NCBI GenBank assembly: GCA_918797485.1
Contig: CAKKNE010000004.1
Coordinates: 4,092,001 to 4,156,000, forward strand
Direction: 5' to 3'
DNA from: Pelagomonas calceolata
Taxonomy: Eukaryota
Length of the DNA stretch: 64,000 bases
Shown here one piece after another: positions 62,388-64,000 of the stretch (within the stretch, counting starts at the first letter, position 1; the number at the start of each line of letters is the position of its first letter). Below the pieces are notes generated by a model. The model worked only from the letters and a program-made list of their open reading frames with translations, did not search any database and had not been told where the DNA came from. The position numbers and the translations under genes are program-made.

Positions 62388-62628
62388 GCTTCCTTGCGGT
62401 GGGGCTGCCCGTGGTGCGTTGGTTGGTGGTGGGGGCTGCGCGCGGCGCCTTTGCGGCCCGTTGCACAGTCAGCGTCGGCTGTTTTTGCGTGTGCTCTCTG
62501 CTACGAGGCGGTTAACACAACCGGCTTCGTGGATAACACACTAGGATCGAGCCGCACGCTTCCCTGCGGAAGCTCTGCAGGGTAATATATGCTTTGCCTC
62601 GTCGTGCACACGGATGAGCGCTACGATA

Positions 62629-62651
62629 GCTAGCGGCCGTAAGACACTAGC
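62629..62651 (+). promoter_or_regulatory. Conserved intergenic motif copy 9
   Basis: gctagcggccgtaagacactagc between divergent ATGs 62387 and 62829. Confidence 0.65.
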
Positions 62652-62828
62652 GAGCTGGCAAAAGTCCATATCGAGGCGCCGCAAACTCCGCGCGCAGTGC
62701 GGTTGAAACGCAGGTTAGCAGTTCGTCGCATTGCTTTGAAGCTGAGCGACAGCGTGAGGTAATCCGTAACGCAGCAGTGCTCCTCATAAATAGCGTCAAT
62801 ATTTGCAGCACGCCGCGGCGGCCGTAAA

Positions 62829-64000
62829 ATGCGCGCAGTTCTCGCACTGCTATGCGCCGGCGCCGCTAGGGCGGACCTCTGCGCCCGCGGCCTCACCGCC
62901 TCGCTCAACGACAAAAATATCTGCTGCCCGCGCATGTGCAAATATACAGGTATTGAAAACCAGGGCGGGACGTGCGACGAGCAGCAGTGCCAGCTGGGCA
63001 ACGACCGGTGCTGCCCCGCCCAGATCCTCAAAAGAAGAGTGCCCTGCGAGGCACCCGAGGACGTGGGCTGCGTCTTCGCGCAGAATCTTGATAAATTAAA
63101 TACGGCGAGGGCGGTCCGCGGCCTCGTCGGCCATTTTTGTAGGGAAGGCGTGCGCGGCACGTCTGGTCATAGGGCGACGTGCTGCCCGTCTTCCTGTACA
63201 AGGTGCGACGCGTGCCCCGGCGAGTGCTGCGGTTCGTTGTTTGAGAAGCAGTGCTCGACGCCTACTGACGTCAATTGCCAGGGTCCGAGACCGGAACTCG
63301 ATTTGACGGACTTCAAGGGCGCGCGCAAAGATGCTGAAGAAACTAAGGTAGATGTCGTCATCGCGGGCGACCGCGTCCAGGCGCTTGGGCTGATTGCCTG
63401 TGCCAAATCTTGTGTGGATTCGACGAGGAAACCGCACCGATTGCGGTTCCACCTCATCGTCGACCCGCCTTCCGTAAAAGTCATCGAAGAGGCCACGAAG
63501 TGTTCCGTACAAGGTTCGGGTGCGTCCGTCGCCGTCTACGGCTTCGAGTGGTCGAAGTACAAACGAAATCCGGAATTGACGATCAGCGCGCCCGTGAACA
63601 GTCGGAAGGGCAACCTCTCGGCGGAGGCGAACTTCGCGCGCTTCTATTTAACGGAGATGCTCCCTTCAGATGTGGAGAAGGTCGTGTACTTGGATGCCGA
63701 CACTGTAGTGAGAAAAGATGTGACCCATTTATATGATACCTCACTGACCCAAGCGACCTCGCAAAGCATGGCCGTGGCCGCGGTATCTAGAAGGTACAAG
63801 CCCATGTGCGGGTCGTGGCTGGCCTGTCGGAGCACGCAGGTCCAAAGTCTGTTAAGATCCCAGGGCATTAATGACCCCGCGGCGCAATTGGATACGTTCA
63901 ATGCTGGCGTGTTGGTCTTACACTTAAAAAGGTGGCGCGTGCTCGATTACACGCGGCGCATCGAGTTCTGGATGAAGTGGAATACGGACTTACGAGACCC
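62829..64000 (+). CDS. Glycosyltransferase family 8 protein with signal peptide and two Cys-rich repeats (partial, runs off the window; absent from the ORF track)
   Basis: Hand translation: MRAVLALLCAGAARA, CCP-containing repeats, LRFHLI, NFARFYLTEMLPSDVEKVVYLDADTVV (DxD), FNAGVLVLHLKRWR. Confidence 0.85.
   Translation, partial: MRAVLALLCAGAARADLCARGLTASLNDKNICCPRMCKYTGIENQGGTCDEQQCQLGNDRCCPAQILKRRVPCEAPEDVGCVFAQNLDKLNTARAVRGLVGHFCREGVRGTSGHRATCCPSSCTRCDACPGECCGSLFEKQCSTPTDVNCQGPRPELDLTDFKGARKDAEETKVDVVIAGDRVQALGLIACAKSCVDSTRKPHRLRFHLIVDPPSVKVIEEATKCSVQGSGASVAVYGFEWSKYKRNPELTISAPVNSRKGNLSAEANFARFYLTEMLPSDVEKVVYLDADTVVRKDVTHLYDTSLTQATSQSMAVAAVSRRYKPMCGSWLACRSTQVQSLLRSQGINDPAAQLDTFNAGVLVLHLKRWRVLDYTRRIEFWMKWNTDLRD

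Noticed and set aside
590..62651. Dispersed 23-bp motif or introner TIRs as a CRISPR array
   Set aside because: Copies are kilobases apart in both orientations, with no regular spacers and no cas genes; the context is eukaryotic.
590..62651. 23-bp motif as spliced-leader or small RNA genes
   Set aside because: No conserved downstream donor/Sm-site body, flanks are unrelated, and indels occur within the motif.
1..64000. Autonomous transposase or retroelement driving the introners
   Set aside because: No DDE, hAT dimerisation, RT or integrase motifs recognised in any ORF of this window.

Overview
Gene-dense, GC-rich eukaryotic nuclear DNA with spliceosomal introns, bipartite 'ASAFAP'-type plastid-targeting peptides and very short intergenic gaps. 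This fits a photosynthetic stramenopile, most plausibly a pelagophyte such as Pelagomonas or Aureococcus (inference, not verified). About 35 protein-coding genes are present, mostly in alternating divergent/convergent pairs: PP4R3/SMEK, USP32-like deubiquitinase, AUX1/LAX-like permease, ADAT3, CNBD K+ channel, TMEM189/FAD4-type desaturase, mitochondrial L7/L12, Ctr copper transporter, fucokinase/GDP-fucose pyrophosphorylase, ELO elongase, GluRS, CDP-DAG synthase, Tubby, GT8 and others. Many ORF-track entries are fragments that join in frame once introns are removed. Main signals: (1) a family of MITE-like introner elements (TIR CTGTGTGGAAATCAA...TTGATTTCCACACAG, 8-bp target duplication supplying the GT/GC donor), seen from apparently fresh copies to decayed ~60-bp introns; (2) a ~23-bp motif GCTAGCG(G/T)CNTGTAAGACACTAGC in 9 clear and 3 degenerate copies, only upstream of start codons and mostly in divergent promoters; (3) a plant-type AUX1/LAX homologue; (4) an intronless putative SLOG + tandem SLATT protein resembling prokaryotic conflict-system effectors; (5) a lumen-targeted PsbTn-like peptide with a Lys/Ala tail. 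No rRNA, tRNA, CRISPR array or transposase was recognised. All calls are by-eye motif recognition; no database search was run.
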